Source of the DNA: Eledone cirrhosa
Lineage: Eukaryota
DNA length: 64,000 nt
Reading direction: 5' to 3'
Assembly: GCA_964016885.1 (NCBI GenBank)
Contig: OZ024740.1
Span: 396,986,001 to 397,050,000 of the forward strand
Below the pieces are notes generated by a model that was not told where the DNA came from, made no database searches, and worked only from the letters and a program-made list of their open reading frames with translations. Below are positions 40,790 to 51,519 of the stretch, piece by piece. Made by a program: the position numbers and the translations under genes. Each line of letters begins with the position of its first letter. The first letter of the stretch is position 1.

Positions 40790-40888
40790 GTTTAGCAAGG
40801 TTTTTGATATGAAATCGTGTGTCGAAACAAATATTGTTCTACTTGGGGAGGGTCATATTGTTGTAATAATATTGCCAGAAATAATAAC

Positions 40889-41062
40889 TGTTTCTACTTT
40901 AGGCACAAGGCCAGCAATCACCCAGTGCATTACTGGTACTTTATTTTATCAACCCCGTAAGGATGAAAGGCAAAGTCAACCTCGGCGGGATTTGAACTCA
41001 GATCGTAAAGGGACGTAACTATGCTGGAAAGCATGGCGTCCGACCTTCTACCGATACTGCCA
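40889..41062 (-). mobile_element. SINE-A (second subfamily, AGATCGTAAAGGGACG variant)
   Basis: Nearly full length; AATAATAAC on both sides is a candidate TSD. Confidence 0.92.
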
Positions 41063-41350
41063 ATAATAACACTCACTGTTTGGTTGCTTTTAGTTTCTGT
41101 ATTTTTTATATCTCCATAGTTAATTTATTTGGTGATCAATGTTTATAATTGATTTACCAACTGTTAAAAATACAGATATAAATATATATATATATAGCCT
41201 ATCAAAGTTCTTTCGTTGCACATCTGCAACATCATCAGTGGTACTATTATGTTCCCTCCTATTGTATTGTAGTGTGTTCTGTTATTATTTTTGGCAATAT
41301 TATTACAACAATATGACCCTCCCAAAGTATAACAATACATATATATATAT

Positions 41351-41537
41351 AGGAAAAGAGTCAGGACCCAGACGGCTGAGTGCCAGCCCTTTCGGCAGTC
41401 TGCAGACCTAGCTGTCAAAACGGCCAGAGCTCAGCTGTTGGGGTCCTGTCTCTTTTCCTATTACCCACCCTACTTCCCATTATCGAGTACTCTGGTGCAT
41501 TATGGTCCACCTAGCTCCTTACCACACTTCCTTCATT
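41351..41537 (+). mobile_element. Family H hairpin element, copy 2 (opposite orientation to copies 1 and 3)
   Basis: AGGAAAAGAGTCAGGACCC...GGGTCCTGTCTCTTTTCCT followed by ATTACCCAC...GAGTACTCTGGTGC...CCTTACCACACTTCCTTC, within (TA)n. Confidence 0.75.
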
Positions 41538-41548
41538 ATATATATATA

Positions 41549-41792
41549 CATCATCACCATCACCATCACCATCACCATCATCATCATCATTTTACGTCCT
41601 CTTTTCCCTGCATGCAAGGGTGGAATGGGAACTGATTCTGGCTTGATTTCTACAGCTGGATGCCCTTCCTAACACCAACCACATTTACAGTGAGTGCTGG
41701 GTGCTTTTTTTTCCGTGGCGCCTACACGTCCACTTTACAGTGTGGGCTGAGTGCTTTTTTGCCGTGGCACCTCCACGATCACTTTGCAGTGG
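41549..41792 (-). mobile_element. RTE 3' fragment combining family A UTR with a family B-type terminus
   Basis: TTTTACGTCCTCTTTTCCCTGCATGCAAGGGTGG (compare 53755) joined to GGAACTGATTCTGGCTTGATTTCTACAGCTGG (compare 63026). Confidence 0.85.
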
Positions 41793-41959
41793 AATGATAG
41801 GGATTCCAGTCCTATCATCTCATTTGTACAGCTGAGTAAACTGGAGCAATGTGAAATAAAATGTCTTGCTCAAGGAAACAACACATCACCCGGTCTGAGA
41901 ATTGAACTCACAACCTTTCGGTTACAAGGCCAATGTTCTACCCACTAAGCCATGTGCCT

Positions 41960-42006
<47 letters not shown>

Positions 42007-42184
42007 AGTATACACACACACACGTGTGTGTGTGTGTGTACATACATATACGTGTATATATATGTACACATGTATATGTATGTATAAATGTGATGGCTTT
42101 GTATAGAAAATATCCCATCAAACTTCTATTTACTTTGTTAAATTGAAATTCTTAGAGAGGAACATCCTACTGACATTATTTATT

Positions 42185-42352
42185 GTGGTGGATTAGCAGT
42201 ATCGGTGGAGGTCGGACGCTATGCTTTGACGCAAAGAGTTACGGCCCTTTCCATTCTGAGTTCAAATCCCACCGAGGTTAACTTTGCCTTTCATCCTTAC
42301 GGGGTCGATAAAATAAAGTACCAGTAATACACTTGTGCCAAAAGTAGAAACA
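42185..42352 (+). mobile_element. SINE-A inserted in the left arm
   Basis: ATTATTTATT duplicated on both sides; the empty site is present in the right arm at about 48810-48821. Confidence 0.93.
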
Positions 42353-42506
42353 ATTATTTATTATACTTTTGAATTGAAAAGCAGTTTTGAGCTGAAATTC
42401 TTATATTACTGACTTTATTTCAATTGCATTCTACCTGTTATTGATTTTGGAGATGTTGTTTTGGAAGTATATTGGTAGTATCTTGAAAGCCAAGAAGCAA
42501 TATTCT

Positions 42507-43124
42507 CCAGCAATGGAGTGAGTTGGGCTTGTCTGTTCCTGACAAGGTGGAGGACAGTCGAAGTCAGAGAGCTTGGGACAGCATAAGTTTAAAGACCACC
42601 TTCGACTCTCTCTTTGACCAGTCGGATCAGTTTTCAAGGTACTGCTTACTGCCTGCCAGCGTTGATGCCCTACCCATGGCTAACGTTGGTGGCCTACACA
42701 GCTTGTACGAATTTCGTGTTTCTATTACCCCCAGAGTGGGAGCTGATGTCTGTACAGGTCTGAGGTGCCAATGTGGCAAACTCCTCAACTCCACAGGCGT
42801 CCACGGTCTTTCTTGCTGCCTGAATGCCGGTTGTTTTGCACGTCACATGGAGCTAAACCTTATTCTCAGGAAAGCTTTGGCCCGGCAAACATTCCTTTAA
42901 TATGGGAACCATCTGGGCTGTCCAGAAGTGATGGGAAAAGACGTGACGGCCTTACCCTGTACCCCTGGTCAAGATGCCGTGTCCGGGAGTCACAGTTAGT
43001 GACTCTTTTGCTTCTCCCCACACCCTGGATGCTATGGTTAGGGCAAGAGTCACAGCTTCAGCAACTGAACAGAACAAAATCCTAAAATACTATGATCTGT
43101 TGGCCAACTACATTTTCTAAGTAC
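42507..43124 (+). mobile_element. CRE-like non-LTR retrotransposon 3' fragment (zinc finger plus RLE endonuclease), frameshifted
   Basis: ORF 42523-42900 (RCQCGKLLNSTGVHGLSCCLNAGCFARHMELNLIL) and ORF 42765-43085 (IPLIWEPSGLSRSDGKRRDGLTLYPWS) match the CxC...HxLSC...RH..N...EP.GL...GKRPDG...PW signature. Confidence 0.8.
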
Positions 43125-45172
43125 ATGACTAGGTACAATCTGCAGATCTATTATTCCAGGTATACCATGCCTCCATCAGAGAACTACACTGTACAATTTG
43201 ACATGCAGTGGTTAATCATATGAGATGTTGTGTGGCAACTTGGATATGTTGGTGTGGCTGTAGGTTTTGTTGAGACCATTGTTGTGTGAAACAGTTTATC
43301 CTCTATACATATGACTATGTACATCACATAATGAGGTTATTAATACCAGCCTCTGTGCAGTTGTTTTGCCTGATAGAATTGCCACTGAAATCCGCTTTGA
43401 ATCATATACTACCATATTTAAAAGGAGACATATAGAATAATTCTCCATTCAAGTGTGTGTGTGTGCGTGTGTGTGTGTATTTATGATTGAGTAGATTTGA
43501 ATATTCAAGAATCTGCATAAATTGTTAAAGCAAGTATAATTTTACACTTGATGTGAATCATTTTTAAATGAGATGTTCGACATTCAATAAGAGAAATCTC
43601 AACCACTCACTCCAGACTCTGGTTCACAGACACGTTGTCTCCTCTCTGTCTTTTTTACTGATATCATAATGGCCTCTGTTCTTCAAAGCAAGCTGGTCTC
43701 ATGCTACTCATCACCCATATTGTGCTCCCTCCCCAGACGTGAATTCATCACTACAGCCAATCCTACTTCCCTAGAATATCAGCCTTCTGTAATTTCCATC
43801 CTGCACATATGTTACCAACAGCCATCAAACTGCAATTGTTCCAGAATAACTTTAATCATGTGGATTTTACTGGCAACAGAGTACCTGTGAAGGCCTTGGG
43901 CACAGCTCCTGTTATAAACCCGTTCTACCCATCATCCTCCCAAAAGTAGGAGAGACAAGTAAATTGAGTGGTTTACAAAAGCAATCTAAAGGAGCAGAGA
44001 TTAATAGAAATATAGTAAAAGAGACGACTAAGAGAGATATTCTGATGAAGAATAGAAAATTGTGAATTAAAGTTTGTCTATCATGTGGGTGGATACAGCA
44101 TTTACAACTTATTTTTAAGCTTTTCAAATATCTTTCAAAGCATCTTTAAGACTCCAATGCTTAGGACAGATGTTTTTAAGAATGGAAAATCTTCAAGACC
44201 CTTATATATTGTATATTTTTGTCACTAATGTATCTTCAGCGCATTATATAACATGCTATTACATTTTATTGACAGTTATAAACACATGCAATTGTTCTTC
44301 ATGTCAAACTAGACATATGGTTTTGATTTAAAATTCTATTTTATGGAATATAATAGTATTTAAAAAGTTGTAGATATGCATGTTTTTGTATGCCATAAGT
44401 AAGTGCATGTGTCTACATGCACGTCCTTCTATAAACAATAAATTGCCTATTTTAGTTTAAAACCTTAACAGCTAAAAACTGTTAGAAATTACTGAGTATG
44501 CCAATCTCTTTGTTTCTAACAAAATTCTTCTTTAAACTTAGATAATTACTCAGTGTAAATGTCAATATTTGCATTTTTTTTTTCATTTTTCAATAAGACA
44601 TTATGTTATATGTTACATTCTACAATAATAAATTTTAAATAAAGTACTTCACATCAGCAAATTTCCTTTAAATCACATATTTCCAAAAATACAATATGTC
44701 AGAATGCATTTAATAATGTAGTATTAAATATATATAATGCCTAAATAAAAATGTAGGATAATCATTGCTGGAATGCTTTGCTTAAGGAAGACCAGCCTGA
44801 AGCTAAACAACAACACAGAAAAGTGTAGATGGCTTTCATTATATTAAAAATTAACAGCTTGAGATTTGATATACTGTATATACTTGAATATAAGCAGAAT
44901 CTCTATTTTATGTCCGAGAAGTAGGCAAAATTCTAAATCCTGTTTATAAGCCAAGGCAGATAATCAACACATTATGTTTAGATAATGAGGCTTTGAAATT
45001 CTCATGAGTAGAAAATATATTTATGAAGTTTTAATAATTTGATATTTGTAGTTTAGAGTATAGATTTTGCTTCACAACGCCATGACGTAATGATTTTTTT
45101 TTACCAATTTTTGACTGTTTTGACGGCCATATTCATTCAAAACATATAAAAGACAATAAGAATTTCACATCA

Positions 45173-45380
45173 AAAGTGAAACTATTGAAATATTCATCTC
45201 CAAAGTAATGTAATGTTCATTGCCAAAGTGAAACTGCTGTAATATTGATCTCCGAAGTGAAACTGGTGTAGTAGTCACTGCCGAAGTGAAACTGGTGTAG
45301 TAGTCACTGCCAAAGTGAAACTACTTTAATATTTACTTCCAAAGTGAAACCAGAGTAATACTCACTTCTAAAATGAAAAT
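45173..45380 (+). repeat. Degenerate 29-bp minisatellite (7 units plus a partial) with conserved CC(A/G)AAGTGAAACT core
   Basis: Units start at 45173, 45202 (shortened), 45225, 45254, 45283, 45312 and 45341; units 4 and 5 are identical. Confidence 0.85.
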
Positions 45381-45574
45381 ATTTTAGCACCTAATGTATA
45401 TAGATGTTTGAATTTGGTGAAAACTGGCAAATTATTGACCTCAAATATAAGCCAACCTCTATTTTACTATTGATTTCTTTGTCTCATATTTTGCATCATA
45501 TATATGAGTATATACAGTAATTGTAATTACAGTTTCTGTAATTTACTTCAATTTACTTTGTAATTGTTCTAGGT

Positions 45575-45628
45575 ATCATCATCATCATCACCGTTTTACA
45601 TCCGTTCTTCCATGCTAGCATGGGTTAT
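45575..45628 (-). mobile_element. Very short 3' tail of RTE family A
   Basis: (CAT)nCACCGTTTTACATCCGTTCTTCCATGCTAGCATGGGTTA. Confidence 0.8.
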
Positions 45629-46859
45629 ATTTTTTCAAATATAGTTACAAACATTAGTGGGTTTTTGTTTAAGCCATAATCTAGTGGGTGACTATCTTAT
45701 TATCACATAAAGTGAGCATGATATACACTTGGCTCATCATATTCTCCTGACCTGTATACATTCACAACAGAATATATGGCAACTGTTGTCACACAGTGCT
45801 AAATTTACAGCAACAAAATTCATTCTGATTGATTCATCCATTTGAGCAACAGAATTTATTTCATACGTAATTATTTGATAGCAATAATATTTAAAATTCA
45901 ACAGTAAAATTTCCATAAGCATTTAAATCCGAGAAGGAATCACTATTAAAGCCTATGGTGCAAACAACAAATGAATTCATTCAACACACATCCTCTCTCT
46001 TTCTTTTCTATCTCCCCCCTATCTCTATCTATCTATCTATGTATCTATGTGTGTGTGTATGTTTATATATCTATTTTTTTTGATTTGAGAAGGTAAAAAC
46101 AGACTATGTAAGTAGATTCATTACCTTTCACTCTCTCACTACCTTTCCTGTTGTGGAAAACTGCATTTATCTTGAGTCTCATAATTAATCTATATTACTT
46201 TTTTGATAAAAATCTTTATTTTGATTTCCCCCCCCCCCCCCCCCCCCCCATACCCCAGCTAAGATAGAAATATATATATATATATGAAAATTTGAATTTT
46301 GGGTTTTTATAATTACAATATAAACAGAATAAATATGATTTCATAGTTGAATTTTAATTAGTATTGTTATGAAATAGATTATCTTCCTCAAGAAAATAAA
46401 ATATATGAACCAATCAGAATATTATTCTTTTCATCTTTCACATATCATTGCTGTATTTTCTAAATTCCCTTGATTCCCGTCCTGATAATCATCATATTTC
46501 TTTCCCCTCTTCCTCAATACTTCTTTATTTCATCAATATCAATACTGAATCCAGAAAGATACAGTTGAATTCAACATGATTATTGGTTCTTATATCCTTA
46601 AAGCACTGGACTTGATACTGCAGACGTAGATGAAATATGAAGGTGGTGGGAGGGATGAAGAAGTAAGACAGAAAGAAAAAAGGAAACAGGAAAGAAGAGG
46701 AGGAGGTTGGGAGGAAAGGGGATAATATGTAATTATCATAATTATCATAGCAATATTTTGTGAGAAATGAAAATATAAACCAACAACAACAATAGTGCTA
46801 AGAATCAGATTCAAAAGAAAACTTAATGATAATTATCAAGTCAGAAGATGGAGTCTAAT

Positions 46860-48912
46860 GGTTAATTAACTGCTATTATAATCAGAACTATCTGTTCTCT
46901 TATTAGTTGTTCAACACCAAGTCAGCCCTGGTTAAGAAAACAAATGATTAAAAACAGGTCAACCATAAATATTCTATCTTCTTCTTCGGACATTATCCAT
47001 TTGACACTACATTATCCAATGCATTCTTAGGTGTCATCTTTCTTAAGATGGAAAAATGTGTTTTTAAAGAAATTTGGCTGATATTTCTAGTAAATTTGGT
47101 GACCATGTAGAGACTTTTATGTTTGGTGGGAAAAGTATTTTGTTTATTATGATAGAATTTAACAAACAAGTAAAAAATTATAATATTCTTTGTTATGTAA
47201 CTGAAGAAATGCAAATATTGAATTTTACACCAAGAAATTATCTAAGTTCTATAACATACTTTCTCAGGAACAAAATGTCTGAGAAATCAAGTCAGTTATT
47301 TTTAACAGTACTTAGATAATGTTCTAAACATTTAAAAATAAATCAGGCATTTTATAGTCTATAGAAGTACAGGAACATAAACATATGGCATATGCAATCA
47401 CACGTATGTAAATCTTTTTAAATGCTATCATATTCCATAAAATAGAATTTGAAAGCGAAACCATTTGCCTGGTTTGACATGAAGCACAACTTGATGAGTT
47501 TATAACTGTCAATAAAATGTAATAGCATAATAAATAATGCTCTGAAGATACATTAGTGACAAAAATATACAATATATTAGGTTCTTGAAGATTTTCTACT
47601 CTTAAAAACATCTGCTCCAAGCATTGAATTTTTAAAACTACTTTGAAAGATTTGTGTAAAGCTTAAAAATAAATTATAAATAATGTTTCCACCCACATGA
47701 TAGACAAACTTTAATTCACAAATTCCCTACAACTACTACCTCTTCATCAGGGTATCTCCTCATTTACCCTATTTATATTAGCCTATTCTTTAGAATTAAT
47801 GAATGTAAGCTACTCATTTAGTATAAGTTTGTAAGAAGGAGCTGTGTTCAGGGCTTTTACAAAACTTCAGAAACTGGTAGAATTAATGTTGTTAACATTC
47901 CTTTGGAACAGTTGTAAGCTGGTAATTGCAGGTAACACATATACAGGGAGAAAATTCCAGACTTCCAGCATTCTGGGGTGGAAGGAGTAAGTGAGGTATT
48001 GGGGCACAATATGGGTGTTGAGTGACAGGAGACCAGCTTGCTTTGAAGAAGAGAGGCTACAACAGTAGCAGTAAAAACAACAGGGACAATATATCTGTGA
48101 GCCAGAGTCTGGAGTGAGTTAGTGAGATTTCTCTTATTGAAAGTTTTAAAAGCAATTCACCCCAAGGGGAAAATTATACTTGCTTTATGCAGATACCTGA
48201 ATATTCAAATCTACTCCATCATAAACACATACACACAAATAAGCAAACTGACAATTGAATGAAGAATTATTTTATATGTATCCTTTTAAATATGGTAGTA
48301 TATGATTCAAAGCAGATTTCAGTGGCAATTCTATCAGGCAAAACAACTGCACAGAGGCTGGTATTAATAACCTCATTATGTGATGTACATAGTCATATGT
48401 ATAGAGGATAAACTGTTTCACACAACAATGGTCTCAACAAAACCTACAGCCACACCAACATATCCAAGTTGCCACACAACATCTCATATGATTAACCACT
48501 GCATGTCAAATTGTACAGTGTAGTTCTCTGATGGAGGCATGGTATACCTGGAATAATAGATCTGCAGATTGTACCTAGTCATTTAACAGATGATCTATGT
48601 ACCAAGGTTATACTGTATCACAGGTAATCCAGCAATAGACAGAAACAACACCCGTAGAATAAACACAGAATGTTGCTTCTTGGCTTTCAAGATACTACCA
48701 ATATACTTCCAAAACAACATCTCCAAAATCAATAACAGGTAGAATGCAATTGAAATAAAGTCAGTAATATAAGAATTTCAGCTCAAAACTGCTTTTCAAT
48801 TAAAAAGTATAATAAATAATGTCAGTAGGATGTTCCTCTCTAAGAATTTCAATTTAAAGTAAATAGAAGTTTGATGGTATATTCTCTATACAAACCCATC
48901 ACATTTATACAT
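46860..48912 (-). repeat. Right arm of large spaced inverted duplication
   Basis: Collinear reverse complement of the left arm; retains 84 bp (48583-48666) that the left arm lacks. Confidence 0.93.
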
Positions 48913-48929
48913 ATATGTATATATATGTG

Positions 48930-48967
<38 letters not shown>

Positions 48968-48999
48968 ATATAACTTGTAGTTACTAGCATTGCCTCTCT

Positions 49000-49051
<52 letters not shown>

Positions 49052-49055
<4 letters not shown>

Positions 49056-49470
49056 GGTGGCTGCCAACTCGTTTTCGAGTACGGCCACTACTTTATATCC
49101 ATGTAGGAGAACCCCTACCGATGCGCTGAACAAGTGTGACTTTTTACTCCAGCCAGCGACTTGAAAACTCTGGTACAAACACTGCACCTGTGACAATTAT
49201 TGACACATAGTGCTGGGCCCATGGTACCATGTGATGACAAGTGCAGAGAGATCTCCAGATATAAAGCAATGCCTGTGCCGTGAAGCTTTTATAGTGGGCA
49301 AAGGCACTGCACAAAGCCAGTCCCACTCTCTTAACCAAGATGATATTTACCAAAAAGAATAACAAGTCAACATCATTGGATACCATCAGGGTTGCAGGTG
49401 TTATATCAGAGTTTTCCTTCTCCTAGAATTCTGCCTTGACAAAGGCTAAGGGGTCATCTCTCCCGGAATA
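49052..49470 (-). mobile_element. GC-richer retroelement-derived fragment between TA tracts, possibly an RTE-type 5' leader
   Basis: Ends ...AGAGTTTTCCTTCTCCTAG...AAGGCTAAG, a motif recalled from RTE leaders and related SINEs; no protein motif seen. Confidence 0.4.
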
Positions 49471-49853
49471 TATATACATACATACATACATGCATACATA
49501 TATATATATATATATATACATGCATATTTAACCACTGCATATCAAATTGTACAGTGTAGTTCTCAGATGGAGGCATGGTATACCTGGAATAATGGATCTT
49601 TAGATTGTACCTAGTCATTTAACAGATGATCTATATACCAACGTTATGCTGTATCACAGGTAACCCAGCAAAAGACAGAAACAACAGATGTAGAATGAAC
49701 ACAGGGTATTGTTTCTTGGTTTTCAAGATACTACCAAGATATTTCCAAGTCTACATCTCAAAAATCAATAACAGATAGAATACAAATGAAACAAAGTCAA
49801 TATAAGAATTTCAGCTCAAAACTGCTTTTCAATTAGAAAGTATAATAAATAAT

Positions 49854-50036
49854 TGTTTCTACTTTTGGCACAAGGCCAGCAATTAACCAGCGCATTACTG
49901 GTATTTTATTTTATCAACCCCGTAAGGATGAAAGGCAAAGTTAACCTCGGCAGGATTTGAACTCAGAATGGCAAGGGCCGTAACTATGCATCAAAGCATG
50001 GGGTCCGATCCTCTACCGATACTGCCAATCCACCAC
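49854..50036 (-). mobile_element. SINE-A, full length
   Basis: ATAATAAATAAT on both sides (TSD); same site as the SINE at 42185. Confidence 0.93.
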
Positions 50037-50048
50037 ATAATAAATAAT

Positions 50049-50230
50049 TGTTTCTACTTTAGGCACAAGGCCATCAATTAACCAATGCATTACTGGTACT
50101 TTATTTTATCGACCCCATAAGGATGAAAGGCAAAGTCAACCTCGGTGGGATTTGAACTCAGATAGTAAAGGGACGTAACTATGCTGGAAAGCATGGAGTC
50201 CGACCCTCTACCGATACTGCCAATCCACCG
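50049..50230 (-). mobile_element. SINE-A (second subfamily), tandem to the previous copy
   Basis: AGATAGTAAAGGGACG variant as at 40889; A and B boxes on the minus strand. Confidence 0.92.
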
Positions 50231-50695
50231 AATGTCAGTAGGATGTTCCTCTCTAAGAATTTCAATTTAACAACGTAAATAGAAGTTTGAGGGTATAATT
50301 TCTATACAAAGCCATCACAGATGTACATATGTATATACATGTGTACATGCATAGATATCCACTAATATATATATATATAGTATACAAAGATCGGAATTAA
50401 GAGTATTCCGCAGTTCACAGTAATAATAGGATCCTGTGGACTGTTATACTGCACATATCGGTGGTGAAATGAAGCGAGATTCGTATCAGCAAACTTAGAG
50501 TTATAAGGTTGGTAATTTAAAACTCTAATCCAGAGATTTGATTCTGACTTAGTTTTTTTCTATTTAATTGCTAAACCTGTAGATATTGTTCTCTATGCAG
50601 TAACGGTAAAAATCACTTGTAATAATTCTTTACACACATCTCACTGTGTAACACACTTCTCTTTGTGTAATATATTTGTATATATATATATATAT

Positions 50696-51334
50696 CATCT
50701 GCATGCTCATCACCATTTTATGTCCATCTTTCCATGCTAGCATGAGTTAGACAGGTTGTCCTGTTGTGGGCAATGCCACGCTGGGTGACCTTGTCTTGCT
50801 CATACGGGAATTGATTTTGGCTTGATTTCTACAGCTGCATGCCCTTCCTAACACCAACCTCATTTACAAAGAGTGCTGTGTGTTTTTTTTCTGTGGTGCC
50901 TACATGGCCACTTTATAGTGTGGGCTGGGTGCTTTTTTCTCGTGACACCTCCCCTCCCACTGCAAAGTGGGAGGGGAGGGGGGGCATATTGTCTATATGC
51001 TTTAGCTTGTTCCCATGGGAAGTCAGGTCTTCTGTATTATTGCATGACGCCTGTGGTCACAGTCCTGTGTCATCATCGCCTTGAGAGGTGCAATTGGGCA
51101 AGGTCAGCTTTTACCACCTCAGCCCAGGTCTTCTTGTGTTTCCCCAATCCGTGGCTTCCATCGACTTTTAGTGCTCTGTACCTTTTTATGCAGCTGTCAT
51201 CCTTCATATACATCACATGTCCATACCAATGCAACCTCCTCTCCTGCACACAGCATTTGATTCCTTTTATGCTCAGTCTCTCTCTCAATTCGTTTATGCT
51301 TTGCCATTCATGTATATTACTATTACACATCCAT
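50696..51334 (-). mobile_element. 5'-truncated RTE family A copy
   Basis: ORF 51073-51420(-) WMCNSNIHEWQSINELRERLSIKGIKCCVQERRLHWYGH closely matches 35921-36310; full 3' UTR present. Confidence 0.93.
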
Positions 51335-51428
51335 CGATATATATGTACACATACATATACACACACATATATATATATATATAGACATATATACACACAC
51401 ACACATATACATACATACACTCACATAT

Positions 51429-51461
<33 letters not shown>

Positions 51462-51519
51462 AATGATATATACACATAATCAAGCAACTTTGTGTATAAC
51501 AAAACTAGGAGAAATTATT

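Larger units (their letters stand above)
42081..44850 (+). repeat. Left arm of large spaced inverted duplication
   Basis: Reverse complement of about 46860-48912. 43125-43426 matches 48282-48582 with one mismatch seen. Contains a SINE and a CRE-like insert absent from the right arm. Confidence 0.93.
49527..50345 (-). repeat. Third, more diverged (~90%) copy of the outer arm segment, direct repeat of 48492-48912
   Basis: TTAACCACTGCATATCAAATTGTACAGTGTAG...AGCTCAAAACTGCTTTTCAATT [two SINEs] AATGTCAGTAGGATGTTCCTCTCTAAG. Confidence 0.92.

Noticed and set aside
45173-45380. CRISPR-like repeat/spacer appearance
   Set aside because: Eukaryotic context, a core of only ~13 bp, spacers homologous to each other, and no cas genes.
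46228-46249. Long poly-C run (G-quadruplex potential on the minus strand) in the palindrome spacer
   Set aside because: Isolated homopolymer with uncertain length and no supporting context.
42081-48912. Single foldback transposon with 2-kb TIRs, or an inverted gene pair
   Set aside because: No transposase or TSD; ends fade into microsatellite; arms contain old repeat debris; the conserved tract has no ORF longer than about 32 codons.
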